DNA of 53,366 nt from a virus (Duplodnaviria > Caudoviricetes). Where the stretch lies: the IMG/VR virus record IMGVR_UViG_3300025621_001498, positions 1 to 53,366 of that record; one strand, written 5' to 3'. This document shows, in pieces, positions 27,999-37,165 of this stretch. The position numbers were made by a program, and so were the translations under genes. The notes beneath the pieces were generated by a model that had not been told where the DNA came from, did not search any database, and saw nothing but the letters and a program-made list of their open reading frames with translations. How positions within the stretch are numbered: the first letter of the stretch is position 1; each line of letters starts with the position of its first letter.

Positions 27999-28216
27999 GC
28001 AGGCTCATCCCCGTCGAAGATCATGGCCAGCGGGCCCATGTTTGCCTCAGATCCAATCTCGGCGAATGCGTCGCTGATGAAGGGCTGCAGCAGGTCGAGG
28101 TCGGTATATTTGGCCAGCACATGGCGAAGCTCGTCCTTCATGGCCTCGTGCATGTTCAGCTGATGGCCAAGCCGGTCGGTCTTGGTGCCTATTGGGGTGA
28201 CGTTGTTGTCGCTCAT
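27995..28216 (-). CDS. Hypothetical protein
   Basis: Coupled ORF. Confidence 0.6.
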   Translation of the reverse strand: MSDNNVTPIGTKTDRLGHQLNMHEAMKDELRHVLAKYTDLDLLQPFISDAFAEIGSEANMGPLAMIFDGDEPA

Positions 28217-28683
28217 GCCTGTTCCCTCCCGCCAAACTTGGCTATCAAAATCGCATCAGCTACCGCCTGTCCTTTGCCTTTCAGGTCAAGCACTCGCAAA
28301 TTCGGATAAAGCTGGATGGCTCGGCTGCGCGCGGCGTCCTTGTCCTGACCGATCAGCCCCGCACGCTTCTTCCAGGCCTGCGGGGTCACCAGCGTGTAAG
28401 GAATCCCAAGCCCTTGAAGCAGGCCCTCCACAACGCCGGCGGCATGGCCAAAGGTGAACATGCTGGAAACGCCCTGCCCCGGCATTGCCCCGACTTGCTC
28501 AAGGTAGGCGTGGCAGCTATCGCAGTGCATCGCATCACGCAGAAAGGAGGCGACGGCAGCGCCGTTAACGCGACTCTTGGTTCCGACCTTGATCGTCGGC
28601 ATGTTCAGGTGGGCGCTGACGTTGTTGTTGCGGTCAAGGACGACAATCGCCCCGCTACAGCCCGGATCAATGCCGATAATCAT
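28213..28683 (-). CDS. RuvC-like Holliday junction resolvase
   Basis: IIGIDPG, YLEQV, VTPQAWKK, ADAILIA. Confidence 0.85.
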   Translation of the reverse strand: MIIGIDPGCSGAIVVLDRNNNVSAHLNMPTIKVGTKSRVNGAAVASFLRDAMHCDSCHAYLEQVGAMPGQGVSSMFTFGHAAGVVEGLLQGLGIPYTLVTPQAWKKRAGLIGQDKDAARSRAIQLYPNLRVLDLKGKGQAVADAILIAKFGGREQA

Positions 28684-28970
28684 GCGGCCACCTTCCCTTC
28701 TTTCAGCAGGATTGCCTGGGTGCGGATAACGCCTTCCAGGTGTGCGAGTGATGCGCTGTCGGCGTCGATACGGCGTGTGCGACGGTCGATTTCGTCGTGG
28801 CAGCTGGAGCAGGCCCATGCGCCCAACAGGTCGTGTGGCTTAATGCCCATGCCGCAGGTGCCGGCCAGGCGGTAGTGCGCCAGGACGGTGGTTTCGGGGT
28901 CGTGATTGCAGATGCCCGGAAGGCGTACCTGGCAATCGCGACCGCGCGCGAGCTTGGTGAGTTTGCTCAT
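28680..28970 (-). CDS. DUF1364/YbcO-like zinc-binding protein
   Basis: ARGRDCQVRLPGIC, ACSSCHD. Confidence 0.85.
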   Translation of the reverse strand: MSKLTKLARGRDCQVRLPGICNHDPETTVLAHYRLAGTCGMGIKPHDLLGAWACSSCHDEIDRRTRRIDADSASLAHLEGVIRTQAILLKEGKVAA

Positions 28971-29134
28971 CAGTAGCTCACCCCTACCCAGAACCAACCA
29001 AGGCAGACGTAACCCCAGTGGCAGTCGTAATAGCCGTGATGGAAGCTGAACCATGGATCGCCCGGCGACCTCTCCCATCCGCAATCCCAGTCACCGTGGC
29101 GAATCGCCCAGTAGATGTGCTTGAGCTTGCTCAC
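28970..29134 (-). CDS. Small Trp-rich hypothetical protein
   Basis: Coupled ORF, GTG start. Confidence 0.5.
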   Translation of the reverse strand: MSKLKHIYWAIRHGDWDCGWERSPGDPWFSFHHGYYDCHWGYVCLGWFWVGVSY

Positions 29135-29406
29135 GGCCGGATCTCCAGGGCTCCGCGCAGCAGCCAGCAAGCCAGCCGCTCGCGCAGGGTCATGAAGCGC
29201 GACTTGCCGCGCGCGTTGATGATCAGCGCCCCATCCTTCTTCCGGTGGACACGAACAGCGTGCTTATCCAGATGCATGGCAGCCTCAAGCAGCGTGTGCT
29301 TTGCCTCGCCTTCGTGATGGCTGCCGCTGTAGCTCAGGCACCGAGCAATACCTTGGCACTGGCTTGCCAGCTTCGATTCGTAGCAGGTATCGGTTTGATT
29401 GCTCAT
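29131..29406 (-). CDS. Hypothetical protein
   Basis: Coupled ORF. Confidence 0.6.
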   Translation of the reverse strand: MSNQTDTCYESKLASQCQGIARCLSYSGSHHEGEAKHTLLEAAMHLDKHAVRVHRKKDGALIINARGKSRFMTLRERLACWLLRGALEIRP

Positions 29407-29990
29407 GCAAAACTCCCCAACTGATCGGCGGCCGAAATCGCATCGGCCTCGGTTTCAAAGTGCGCGGACAGCACCAAGCGCCAGCAGGCGTTGAACACGT
29501 CGCGGTAAAGGGGCTCGAATGCGGTGTCATCCATCGCGGCCCAGCTGATCGACTTGGCCTCTTTGCGGATGCCTTCGGGCGTCTGCACCAGGTGGAAGTG
29601 GCCGGCTTCGACGGTCACCCACTCGCGGAAGGCTTCGCGGCTCTTATCCACGGCTGGGAAGCGCTCGGCACGGTCGGTTTCGAGTTGGTCGATGTAGGAC
29701 TGCACAGCGTTCTGCAGCTGGCCCGGCTTGCCGTTGAGGTCTTCGAAGTACTTGGCCAGGCCGCGAATGCCGCGCATTTCCTGGCGAGGCACCAGACCGC
29801 CCTTCGGCTCCCAGTACTCATAGGCCAGATCCAGCATGGCGAAGAACTTGCCGTGGAACTTGGCGTTGCGCATGCGGGCGAACTTGCCGTGCACGACCTG
29901 GCCGGCTTTCCACTTCTGCACAAGCTCGCGGTCGGCTTCGGTCGCCGGCACCAGGCCGTTGGCGGTACGGATCAACGCGAGGTCAGCCAT
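29403..29990 (-). CDS. DUF1367-like protein
   Basis: RNAKFHGKFFAML, AKSISWAAMD. Confidence 0.8.
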   Translation of the reverse strand: MADLALIRTANGLVPATEADRELVQKWKAGQVVHGKFARMRNAKFHGKFFAMLDLAYEYWEPKGGLVPRQEMRGIRGLAKYFEDLNGKPGQLQNAVQSYIDQLETDRAERFPAVDKSREAFREWVTVEAGHFHLVQTPEGIRKEAKSISWAAMDDTAFEPLYRDVFNACWRLVLSAHFETEADAISAADQLGSFA

Positions 29991-30177
29991 TGATCATCAC
30001 CCCGCCCCGCACGATCTTCTTCTGTCCCTTGTGGCTCAGGTGCACGCCATCAGCCTTGCGTTCAAGGACCCAGCCGTTGATCAGCATCCACTCGACATCA
30101 AGGCGCATCTGCGGATAGAGGCGCTGGCCGTCTTTGTTCTGGTGTGGGGTGTATTCGATTGCGGGGAGGTCAGTCAT
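29983..30177 (-). CDS. Hypothetical protein
   Basis: Coupled ORF with GGAGG SD. Confidence 0.55.
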   Translation of the reverse strand: MTDLPAIEYTPHQNKDGQRLYPQMRLDVEWMLINGWVLERKADGVHLSHKGQKKIVRGGVMING

Positions 30178-30787
30178 TGCCAACAACCTCCACGGCCATA
30201 GCTGAGTCGATGTAACCGTCCACATCCGCCTGTCGAAACCGAACGCCAGAAAACCAGAGGGGCACACTCAGATAGAAACTGTGAATGGCTTCGCTCTTAT
30301 CTCTAAGCCAGCGATAGCGCCCTGCATCCTTGCGCAGCGACTCGTTCTCGACCTTGAGCTGATCGCGCTCTGTTTCTGCCTGCTCAAGCGCATCAGTGAG
30401 AATGGCGTTTGTGTCGCGCTCGGCGTTGACGTTCGCGGCAGTAGCCAGAATTGTCTGGTGCATCGTGTGGCTCGACTGCGCGCGCCAGTGCTGGGCCTGC
30501 CGGCATTTGGAGTTGGCCAGCATCAGCAATGACGTGAACTGCTTGCGCAAGGCTTCGTAGTCAGCGGCAGGTTCTGCCTTGATTTCATCAGGGTCGCCCA
30601 GCACGGCGTGAAGCGCTTCGCACTGATCCAGCAGGGCGATCACCACACCCGGCTCGGCAGCGGCAACGTAATCAGCCCAATCGTCTGCCATGACAGCTCG
30701 CCACTCGTCGCTGTCCAGCCATTCAACGCCAGACTCTGACGCCTCATGAGCCAGCCGGCGCAGCTCCTGCTTGTTCAGGTCAGTCAT
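30170..30787 (-). CDS. Ead/Ea22-like protein
   Basis: AAAEPGVVIALLD and LRKDAGRYRWLRD motifs. Confidence 0.65.
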   Translation of the reverse strand: MTDLNKQELRRLAHEASESGVEWLDSDEWRAVMADDWADYVAAAEPGVVIALLDQCEALHAVLGDPDEIKAEPAADYEALRKQFTSLLMLANSKCRQAQHWRAQSSHTMHQTILATAANVNAERDTNAILTDALEQAETERDQLKVENESLRKDAGRYRWLRDKSEAIHSFYLSVPLWFSGVRFRQADVDGYIDSAMAVEVVGND

Positions 30788-31022
30788 GGCTCAGGCTCCT
30801 TTCCGATGTGACCGGAACGGAAAGCTTCACCTCGATGGCGCCCAGCAACAGGTCGCGCTGGCGGGTTACTTCTGCCAACTCTCGCCGAGTAGCCAGATGC
30901 TGGTCATGCGCGCACATGTAGCACTGCGGAACTGGAGAATCCTTCGCCTCATGCCAATCATCGAACTGCTCGAATCGCAGGCCATGCTTGGAGCACTCAA
31001 GGGTGGTTTTGCGGCTCATCAC
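30780..31022 (-). CDS. Hypothetical zinc-binding protein
   Basis: CxxH and CxxC. Confidence 0.55.
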   Translation of the reverse strand: MMSRKTTLECSKHGLRFEQFDDWHEAKDSPVPQCYMCAHDQHLATRRELAEVTRQRDLLLGAIEVKLSVPVTSERSLSHD

Positions 31023-31144
31023 GCCACCTCCGCATTCGGCCAGATCGAGCGCGCAACAGTCAGCGCGTCGTCTTCGTCATCCATCAGGATCATTGAGAAA
31101 GGCGGCAGGCCTGGCAGCAGGACTTTCCAGCAGCGCTTAGTCAT
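31019..31144 (-). CDS. Small hypothetical protein
   Basis: Own translation MTKRCWKVLLPGLPPFSM..., 41 aa, coupled on both sides. Confidence 0.5.
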   Translation of the reverse strand: MTKRCWKVLLPGLPPFSMILMDDEDDALTVARSIWPNAEVA

Positions 31145-32540
31145 CGCCGACACCTCGCGACTTGTATCCGTTGATCATCGATCTGGCAGAGGACTTGATC
31201 GGGCGAACCTGAGCGGCCTGCTGTTGTTCACGCTGACCTGCGAAGTTCACAAAGCGAGAGAACTGGCCCTGGTGCTGAACGATGCAAGAGCCGATGGCCG
31301 CATGGCGGTGCTTCACGATGTTCAACTCGGTGATACCGGAGCGCCCCTGGTCCGACTCAGGGTCGCGGTGAGCCATGATGATTACGTCCGCGTCCTGCTC
31401 AATCTCGCCAGAGTCGCGGAGGTCGCTCATTTTTGGGGAATGGTTGCCGCGCGTCTCGATGCTGCGGTTTAGCTGCGCCAGGACAATGATCGGGAGGTTT
31501 AGCTCCTTGGCCATCGCCTTAATGCCGCGGCTGATTGCTCCAAGTTCAAGGTTTCGGTTCTGTTGGCGTGCGCTAGCCTCAGGCGCGATCAGGCCGATGT
31601 AGTCGATAACAATTAGGTCGAGCGGCTTGGCCTTGTGCTGGAATCGGGCGATGGTGCGGATTCGGCTGAGAGGCAGCCCGCCCTTCTGGCAGATGCGCAG
31701 GTCGGCGCCGGCCATGCGACTCACGGCACCAGTGATCCTGACTATCTTGTCGCCGTCCTTCATGGCGTTGCCGGTGTCGATATCGTCCGTTGCAACCTCG
31801 GCGGCAGAGGCCAAGCTGCGCTTGCCAAGCTCCTTGCCGGACATTTCCAGCGAGAACACCAGAGCCGAGTGACCGTGGCGAATAGTCAGAAACTCGGCGA
31901 TGCCCAGGCCAAGAGTGGTTTTCCCTGTACCAGGGCGACCAGCGATGATCACCACGTTCTGCGGGCGCAGCCCCTTGAGTACGTTATCCAGATCAACTAG
32001 GCCGGTTGGCAGGCCGTTGATGCCCTCGCCATTGAATCGGGCATCCATCTCGTCGACTACCGGGCCCAGGGCCTGGCACAGAGTGATTACGTCCGGCTCA
32101 TCGTCCTCGGTATTGAGCGACAGCACGGCGTTCTGTGCCTCGGCGATGATCGACGACAGCGGCCGGTTCTGGTTGGCCAGTTCGACAATCTGCTGACCGA
32201 TGCTGGCGATTTTGCGTGCTTTGGAGCGCTCGACAACGATCCGGGCGTACTCCAGACCATTCGCAGATGACGGCACATTCCGCATGATCTGCGAGGCGTA
32301 GACGATGGTCAGTTCACCGCTAGACAGGGTGTGGCGGATGTCGGACAGCGCTATCGAATCAACCGGGCGACCTGCAGACCTGGCAGAAAGGATCACCGCG
32401 TAAAGCTCGGCAACATCGGGGTCGCTGAAGTCGGCCGGCGAAATCAGCGCTCCGATAGATTCGACGAGCCGAGCATCATGCATCATCGCGCCAATCACGC
32501 CGTATTCGGCTTCCATTGCAATCAGGGGGCGCTCGTTCAT
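31137..32540 (-). CDS. dnaB: DnaB-like replicative helicase
   Basis: AGRPGTGKT, FSLEM, IDYIGL, DLRDSGEIEQDAD. Confidence 0.95.
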   Translation of the reverse strand: MNERPLIAMEAEYGVIGAMMHDARLVESIGALISPADFSDPDVAELYAVILSARSAGRPVDSIALSDIRHTLSSGELTIVYASQIMRNVPSSANGLEYARIVVERSKARKIASIGQQIVELANQNRPLSSIIAEAQNAVLSLNTEDDEPDVITLCQALGPVVDEMDARFNGEGINGLPTGLVDLDNVLKGLRPQNVVIIAGRPGTGKTTLGLGIAEFLTIRHGHSALVFSLEMSGKELGKRSLASAAEVATDDIDTGNAMKDGDKIVRITGAVSRMAGADLRICQKGGLPLSRIRTIARFQHKAKPLDLIVIDYIGLIAPEASARQQNRNLELGAISRGIKAMAKELNLPIIVLAQLNRSIETRGNHSPKMSDLRDSGEIEQDADVIIMAHRDPESDQGRSGITELNIVKHRHAAIGSCIVQHQGQFSRFVNFAGQREQQQAAQVRPIKSSARSMINGYKSRGVGDD

Positions 32541-33334
32541 CACTGCGCCTCCAAGATTTTCAGGACCGATTTTTCGCGGGTTAGAAACTCGATGTCGGCG
32601 CGCCATTGGCGATCATTGCTGCCGGTCCAGTGCGGGTTGAGCAGGCAGTCGTTGAAATACCCCTCCCAGAAATCACTGGAGCGGAACGGGTAGCCGCCGT
32701 TGAAATTCAGGTTCCAGCACTTGCGGATGTTCCGCCGGCGGTCATCGCTAAGCTTCAAGCACTCTGGCAATACCCCAGCGCAAACGCGGTTGTAGATTTC
32801 CTGAATCTTGGCGAACGGGATTCGCTCAGGCTTTGGTTGATCAGGGCTTGGAGTGTCTTCAAGAATCGGTTCCGGCTCGGTCGAAGCGGCAGCGTCGACA
32901 AGAACCGAAGGTTCTAGATTGTCTTTACTGTCTTTAATGTGTGTCGGAAATAACACTAAGGACGTGTCGGATTTAACACTCTGTGTCGTTTTGGAAGGGG
33001 TCTTTTTGTCGTCATTTTTAGCGTCGATTTTCCACTCGGCGGAGGGTGAAATTCCGATAGGCGCCTTGCTTCCGCCATCACGATAAATCACCCGCTGGCG
33101 GATCAGCTCGCCGATGATGCGCGATACGTTCTCACGCGCTATGCCGGACATCTTGGCGATGTTCACAGCAGGGATGCGAGCCGTCTCGACGTTATAGCCT
33201 GCTGTGTACCGGTGAATCGCCAGAGCAACACGCAGCTCTCGCCCGGACAGGTCAGCGCCTATCAGGGCTTCGTAAAGGTCATTGTCCATCCGGGTAAACC
33301 CCTGGGACTTGTTGAGACTAATTACGTTGGTCAT
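32540..33334 (-). CDS. Replication initiator (lambda O-like)
   Basis: GFTRMDNDLYEAL N-terminal wHTH; WRADIEFL C-terminus. Confidence 0.85.
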   Translation of the reverse strand: MTNVISLNKSQGFTRMDNDLYEALIGADLSGRELRVALAIHRYTAGYNVETARIPAVNIAKMSGIARENVSRIIGELIRQRVIYRDGGSKAPIGISPSAEWKIDAKNDDKKTPSKTTQSVKSDTSLVLFPTHIKDSKDNLEPSVLVDAAASTEPEPILEDTPSPDQPKPERIPFAKIQEIYNRVCAGVLPECLKLSDDRRRNIRKCWNLNFNGGYPFRSSDFWEGYFNDCLLNPHWTGSNDRQWRADIEFLTREKSVLKILEAQ

Positions 33335-33513
33335 ACTGTCTCCGTTGGTCGTACGCGCACGGTTGCAGCCGAGCGCAAAGACAAAGCCCTGTAGCGCTCG
33401 CTCAGGGCTTTGTTGTTTCTGGCACGAAGTGGATTGATGCTGATGCGCGCCAGCTCTTCAGCAGCGACTGCCATAGCGGCGTAGTCCTCTGGGGTGAAGT
33501 GCTGGGCTTTCAT
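33331..33513 (-). CDS. Hypothetical protein
   Basis: Coupled ORF. Confidence 0.55.
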   Translation of the reverse strand: MKAQHFTPEDYAAMAVAAEELARISINPLRARNNKALSERYRALSLRSAATVRVRPTETV

Positions 33514-33514
33514 G

Positions 33515-33937
33515 TCAGGCCGCCTTCACAGAGGCTTCGAGCACTTCGAGGCTCTTGCGCGCACCGGCCAGCTCGCGGTTGATCAGGGCCTTCTCGGTCT
33601 GCGAGACATGGCCGTCGTCCAGGGCGTCGGTCACCGCACGGGTCACGTCGGCGACCTCGGCGGACATATGCAGGAGCGCGCTGGTCAGCGTTGTGGCCGC
33701 GGTCTTCTCCTTGGCTACCAGCTCGAAACCGAACTCGCCAGCCAGGGCCTGCAGTGGGCGCATATCACCGGAGTGCAGCAGCAAGGCATACAGGTGCTTG
33801 GCGTTCATCCAGTGCCCGTCGTTGTCCGGGTTCACGCGCTGCAGCAGGCTTATCTGCGGCATGTTCATCAGCGCTGCGAGCTTCTTGGTATCGGCGTCTT
33901 TCACCACGTCGTGGCACGCCCTCAGAAAGTCTTCCAT
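33515..33937 (-). CDS. CII-like/YmfL regulatory protein
   Basis: Downstream of cro; LLQRVNPD and ALDDGHVS motifs. Confidence 0.75.
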   Translation of the reverse strand: MEDFLRACHDVVKDADTKKLAALMNMPQISLLQRVNPDNDGHWMNAKHLYALLLHSGDMRPLQALAGEFGFELVAKEKTAATTLTSALLHMSAEVADVTRAVTDALDDGHVSQTEKALINRELAGARKSLEVLEASVKAA

Positions 33938-34023
33938 CCGTAAATCCTCGATTTTCTTTCCGTGGAGCCATCGACTTCTCGCTGGCAACCTGTCACCACT
34001 CGATCAATGACAGGGACTTACCC

Positions 34024-34272
34024 ATGCAACCGACCGTTGAATCACTCCAGGGCGAACTGCTTGCCCTTCGTTGTCACCTGGGAGCGCTGGAAGAAATGCT
34101 TCCCCTCTCCCAACAGCTCCGCTTTAGGGCGAAGCTAGAAACCTGTGGGCTGCTGCTGCGCCCGAATCAACCAGGCGAGCGGCAAGCCGCGTTCGACCGC
34201 GCAACGAATTCGTTGGCGGCTAAGCGACGGCCTCAATTGGATAAAGGTCGGGACGAAGCACATGCCGGCTGA
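34024..34272 (+). CDS. Hypothetical protein antisense between cII and cro
   Basis: AGGGA SD; MQPTVESLQGELLALRC; overlaps cro 3' end. Confidence 0.45.
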   Translation: MQPTVESLQGELLALRCHLGALEEMLPLSQQLRFRAKLETCGLLLRPNQPGERQAAFDRATNSLAAKRRPQLDKGRDEAHAG

Positions 34273-34444
34273 CTTCGCCGCTGGTGGCTTTCTCGATCGG
34301 GAGAACCAGATCAGCAGGGATGCGCTGATTGCGGTTGATGCACTGCCAAATGCGGGGTTGGCTGGTGTTGCAGCGGCGGGCCAACTCAGCCTGACCACCC
34401 GCAATGCGCACCGCTTTCTCGATTGGAGTTTCGTTCGAATTCAT
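34220..34444 (-). CDS. cro: Cro-like repressor (YdaS family)
   Basis: GGQAELARRC HTH, LRPDLY; divergent from cI. Confidence 0.9.
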   Translation of the reverse strand: MNSNETPIEKAVRIAGGQAELARRCNTSQPRIWQCINRNQRIPADLVLPIEKATSGEVSRHVLRPDLYPIEAVA

Positions 34445-34454
34445 GGCCTGAGCC

Positions 34455-34535
34455 TCTACTAGAGTTATGACCATGATAACGCAAGTTATGGAAACGTCAA
34501 ACGCATGTTATTTGCGCGCTGATAACACACGTTTT
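34455..34535. promoter_or_regulatory. OR operators and pR promoter
   Basis: ATAAC-N4-GTTAT at 34476, variants at 34455, 34498, 34522; minus strand TTGACG(34500)-16-TATCAT. Confidence 0.8.
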
Positions 34536-34547
34536 AGCCTTGGAGGC

Positions 34548-35327
34548 ATGATTACTTCCCTAAACACTTTTGGTGAGCGACTGCTTTTTGCCCGCGAAAA
34601 GCGTGGCCTTAGCCAAGATCAGCTCGGCGAAAAAGCCGGCGTCTCTCAAGTCACCATCAATCACATCGAGAAAGGCCGGAACGCCAGCAGCAAGAAGCTG
34701 GTGGATATCGCGCGTGCTCTGAAAGTCCCCGCTGAATGGCTTGCCAGTGGCGAAGGTCAACACGCAGTCCTGAGGGATTTCCTACAGGAAGACCTCAATG
34801 GCCCGGGCCCCTCGGCTGAAAGCAACGCCGAGCTAATAGGCATGATGTCTGGCTGGGATGGCCGCACCCCTCTCGAAGCAGACGAAGTTGCAATCCCTCT
34901 CTATAAGGAAGTGGAAATGGCGGCAGGCTTCGGTGCCACTGAAGTGATTGAGGTTCCCGGCCGGTTACTGCGCTTCGCCAAGTCGACCTTGCGTGAGGCT
35001 GGCGTGCTCGAGCAGAACGCCGCCTGTGCAACGATCAAGGGCCGCAGCATGGAGCGCCTGATCATGGATGGCGCCACCATCGGCATCGACCTGGGCACAA
35101 AGCACATCGATGACGGCGAGATATACGCCTTCGACCAAGACGGCATGCTGCGCGTTAAATACCTGTACCGCCTGCCCGGCGGCGGCGTGCGCATCCGCAG
35201 CGAGAACGACGAAGAATTCCCCGATGAAACCCTGACCGCTGAGCAGTTCGCGAACATCCGCATGCTCGGCTGGGTTTTCTGGTGGTCAACTGTCCGCCGC
35301 CGGCGCGGGCTCAGCATCGCAAAATAG
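34548..35327 (+). CDS. cI: CI repressor (HTH plus S24 peptidase)
   Basis: XRE HTH, AG cleavage site, GRSME serine, VKYL lysine; GGAGG SD. Confidence 0.95.
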   Translation: MITSLNTFGERLLFAREKRGLSQDQLGEKAGVSQVTINHIEKGRNASSKKLVDIARALKVPAEWLASGEGQHAVLRDFLQEDLNGPGPSAESNAELIGMMSGWDGRTPLEADEVAIPLYKEVEMAAGFGATEVIEVPGRLLRFAKSTLREAGVLEQNAACATIKGRSMERLIMDGATIGIDLGTKHIDDGEIYAFDQDGMLRVKYLYRLPGGGVRIRSENDEEFPDETLTAEQFANIRMLGWVFWWSTVRRRRGLSIAK

Positions 35328-35346
35328 AACACACAAGGAGGTCGCC

Positions 35347-35625
35347 ATGCGCGCACTGGTAGCTGCTTCACTGTTGGCACTGCTGGCGGGCTGCGCCGGC
35401 ACCGACTTCACCTACGACAACGCGCGCCAGGTGCGTGTCGGCATGACCGAGGCCGAGGTCACTCGGCTGATGGGGCCGCCCTACTCCATTGCCTCTCGCG
35501 GCGACGAACAGATGTGGGTGTGGAGCCAGGCTAACGGCTTTACCGGTGCCAGCCGAGCCATATCCTTCAAGATGAAGGACGGCCAGGTCATCGAAGTGCC
35601 GCAGATCCCCGAGTCGCTCAAGTAG
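35347..35625 (+). CDS. SmpA/BamE-like lipoprotein
   Basis: Lipobox LAGC; VRVGMTEAEVTRLMGPP. Confidence 0.8.
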   Translation: MRALVAASLLALLAGCAGTDFTYDNARQVRVGMTEAEVTRLMGPPYSIASRGDEQMWVWSQANGFTGASRAISFKMKDGQVIEVPQIPESLK

Positions 35626-35702
35626 CCCACCAAGCATGTGCGACTCAATGCACCAGGGCCCATGTATGCACCTAGAGCGATACAATTTATCAATTAGCTA
35701 AA

Positions 35703-35720
35703 TGTCCCTTTAAAGGTACA
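35703..35720. promoter_or_regulatory. Near-palindrome, likely antitoxin operator
   Basis: TGTCCCTTTAAAGGTACA just before the toxin start. Confidence 0.5.
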
Positions 35721-35723
35721 CTC

Positions 35724-36056
35724 TTGGAATACGAGATCCGCCGGGCCTTATCTGCCAACAGCGTCGACATTTACCAGTGTTGGCTAGATACGCTGCGAGA
35801 CAGGAAAGCCAAACTCAAGATCATGACCCGCGTTGACCGCGCAGGTCAGGGCAATTTCGGAGTTCACCGCTCAGTTGGCGGTGGGGTTTACGAGCTAGTG
35901 ATCGACTATGGTCCTGGCTACAGGGTGTACTACGCGATGGCAGGCTTAGAAATAGTGCTACTCCTTGGAGGCGGCACCAAAGACCTGCAACAAAACGACA
36001 TTGATCAAGCCAAAGAGCTATGGCAGTGCGTACAGAGGGAGAACGGAAATGCTTAG
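35724..36056 (+). CDS. RelE/HigB-like toxin
   Basis: GNFG, GVYEL.IDYGPGYRVYY, LLGGGTK. Confidence 0.9.
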   Translation: MEYEIRRALSANSVDIYQCWLDTLRDRKAKLKIMTRVDRAGQGNFGVHRSVGGGVYELVIDYGPGYRVYYAMAGLEIVLLLGGGTKDLQQNDIDQAKELWQCVQRENGNA

Positions 36057-36390
36057 AACAGGTTCGCATGACGAAGCTGTAATCGAGATGCTGAGTAGAG
36101 ATCAAGGCTTTGCCCTTGAATACCTCGCTGCAGCCCTAGAAGAGATTGATGAGGAAGGCGGCGAAGCGGTGTTTCTTCAGGCTGTGCGCCGTGTTATTGA
36201 GGCGCGTGGTGGAATGTCAGCCGTAGCCAAGGCCACTTCCCTTTCGCGACCAAATCTATATCGCGCCCTTTCTGTCGATGGCGATCCAAAGCTTTCCACC
36301 GTCCTTAAGATACTTTCTGCAATTGGGCTGGGGCTATCCCAGGTGGTCACGCATGCACAGCACGACCCTGCTCAAGTAGCGCTCCTTTAA
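36049..36390 (+). CDS. HTH antitoxin (HigA-like addiction module antidote)
   Basis: GGMSAVAKATSLSRPNLYRALS..GDPKLSTV. Confidence 0.9.
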   Translation: MLRTGSHDEAVIEMLSRDQGFALEYLAAALEEIDEEGGEAVFLQAVRRVIEARGGMSAVAKATSLSRPNLYRALSVDGDPKLSTVLKILSAIGLGLSQVVTHAQHDPAQVALL

Positions 36391-36395
36391 CAAAG

Positions 36396-36476
36396 GCCCC
36401 GCCACTCGCGGGGCTTTTTATTGCCTGACCAGTAACCAGCCAAACACCCAAGCCCGCCACTGCGCGGGCTTTTTTT
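36396..36476 (+). terminator. Two tandem related intrinsic terminators
   Basis: GCCCCGC-CACTC-GCGGGGC-T5 and AAGCCCGC-CACTGC-GCGGGCT-T run. Confidence 0.85.
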
Positions 36477-36493
36477 CGTCCGCAGAAAAATAA

Positions 36494-36555
36494 ATAACTT
36501 AGGTTATTGACACGCTGCAAACCTGCGTTATCATCAAACCCATAACTTGAGTTAT
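36494..36555 (+). promoter_or_regulatory. pL promoter with OL operators
   Basis: TTGACA(36507)-16-TATCAT(36529); ATAAC-N4-GTTAT at 36494 and 36542, variant at 36518. Confidence 0.85.
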
Positions 36556-36595
36556 CAAATCAAGTGAAGGCAGAGATGCCCCGGCCCAGCCGAAA

Positions 36596-36604
36596 CGCTC
36601 TTTA
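36596..36604 (+). promoter_or_regulatory. boxA-like antitermination element
   Basis: CGCTCTTTA about 60 nt downstream of the pL -10 box. Confidence 0.6.
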
Positions 36605-37165
36605 TACAACTTGGAATCCTCGCGGCGTGATCCGGGCAACCGTACAACGCGAGTCATAAATTTCACGCCCCGCGCCACTGCGGATCAGTGGCCACCGAAG
36701 CCCATGCAACGGTGCGAACAGGCATAGCGGCCTGCCAATCGCCAGCAGCGAACGGTGGGATATCGACGGTGAGAGTCGAGCGCAGGGATGGCCTGGGAGA
36801 AAGCGTTTTACTGGCTGGCCCCGGAAATGGTCAGTGAGAACAAGGCTGAGGCAATCAAGATGCGAAGTTAGAGCACATCACCCCACACAACCCGCCGCGC
36901 ACTACGTCGCATTGAGCGGTAGAGCAAACACCGGCAGTCGCCGGAATCTCATTTGTACAGTCGACCCCGTAACCAGCCGGCATCACTGGCCATGAGTGCA
37001 TAGAAAAAGCGCTGAGCATGACCCCGCATCCACGCCGAGTTCCTAAGGGTTCCGGTCGCAACGGATAGCCACTGCTGTCAGCGCTTCATTGTGTGCACAC
37101 AGAAATTTTCACTTCTGCACCTGGTGACGGGTGCAGCGGGAAAACAACCACGCAGGAATGCAGAG

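Noticed and set aside
36850-37100. Possible tRNA in the pL leader
   Set aside because: No cloverleaf or TTCGA T-loop found by eye
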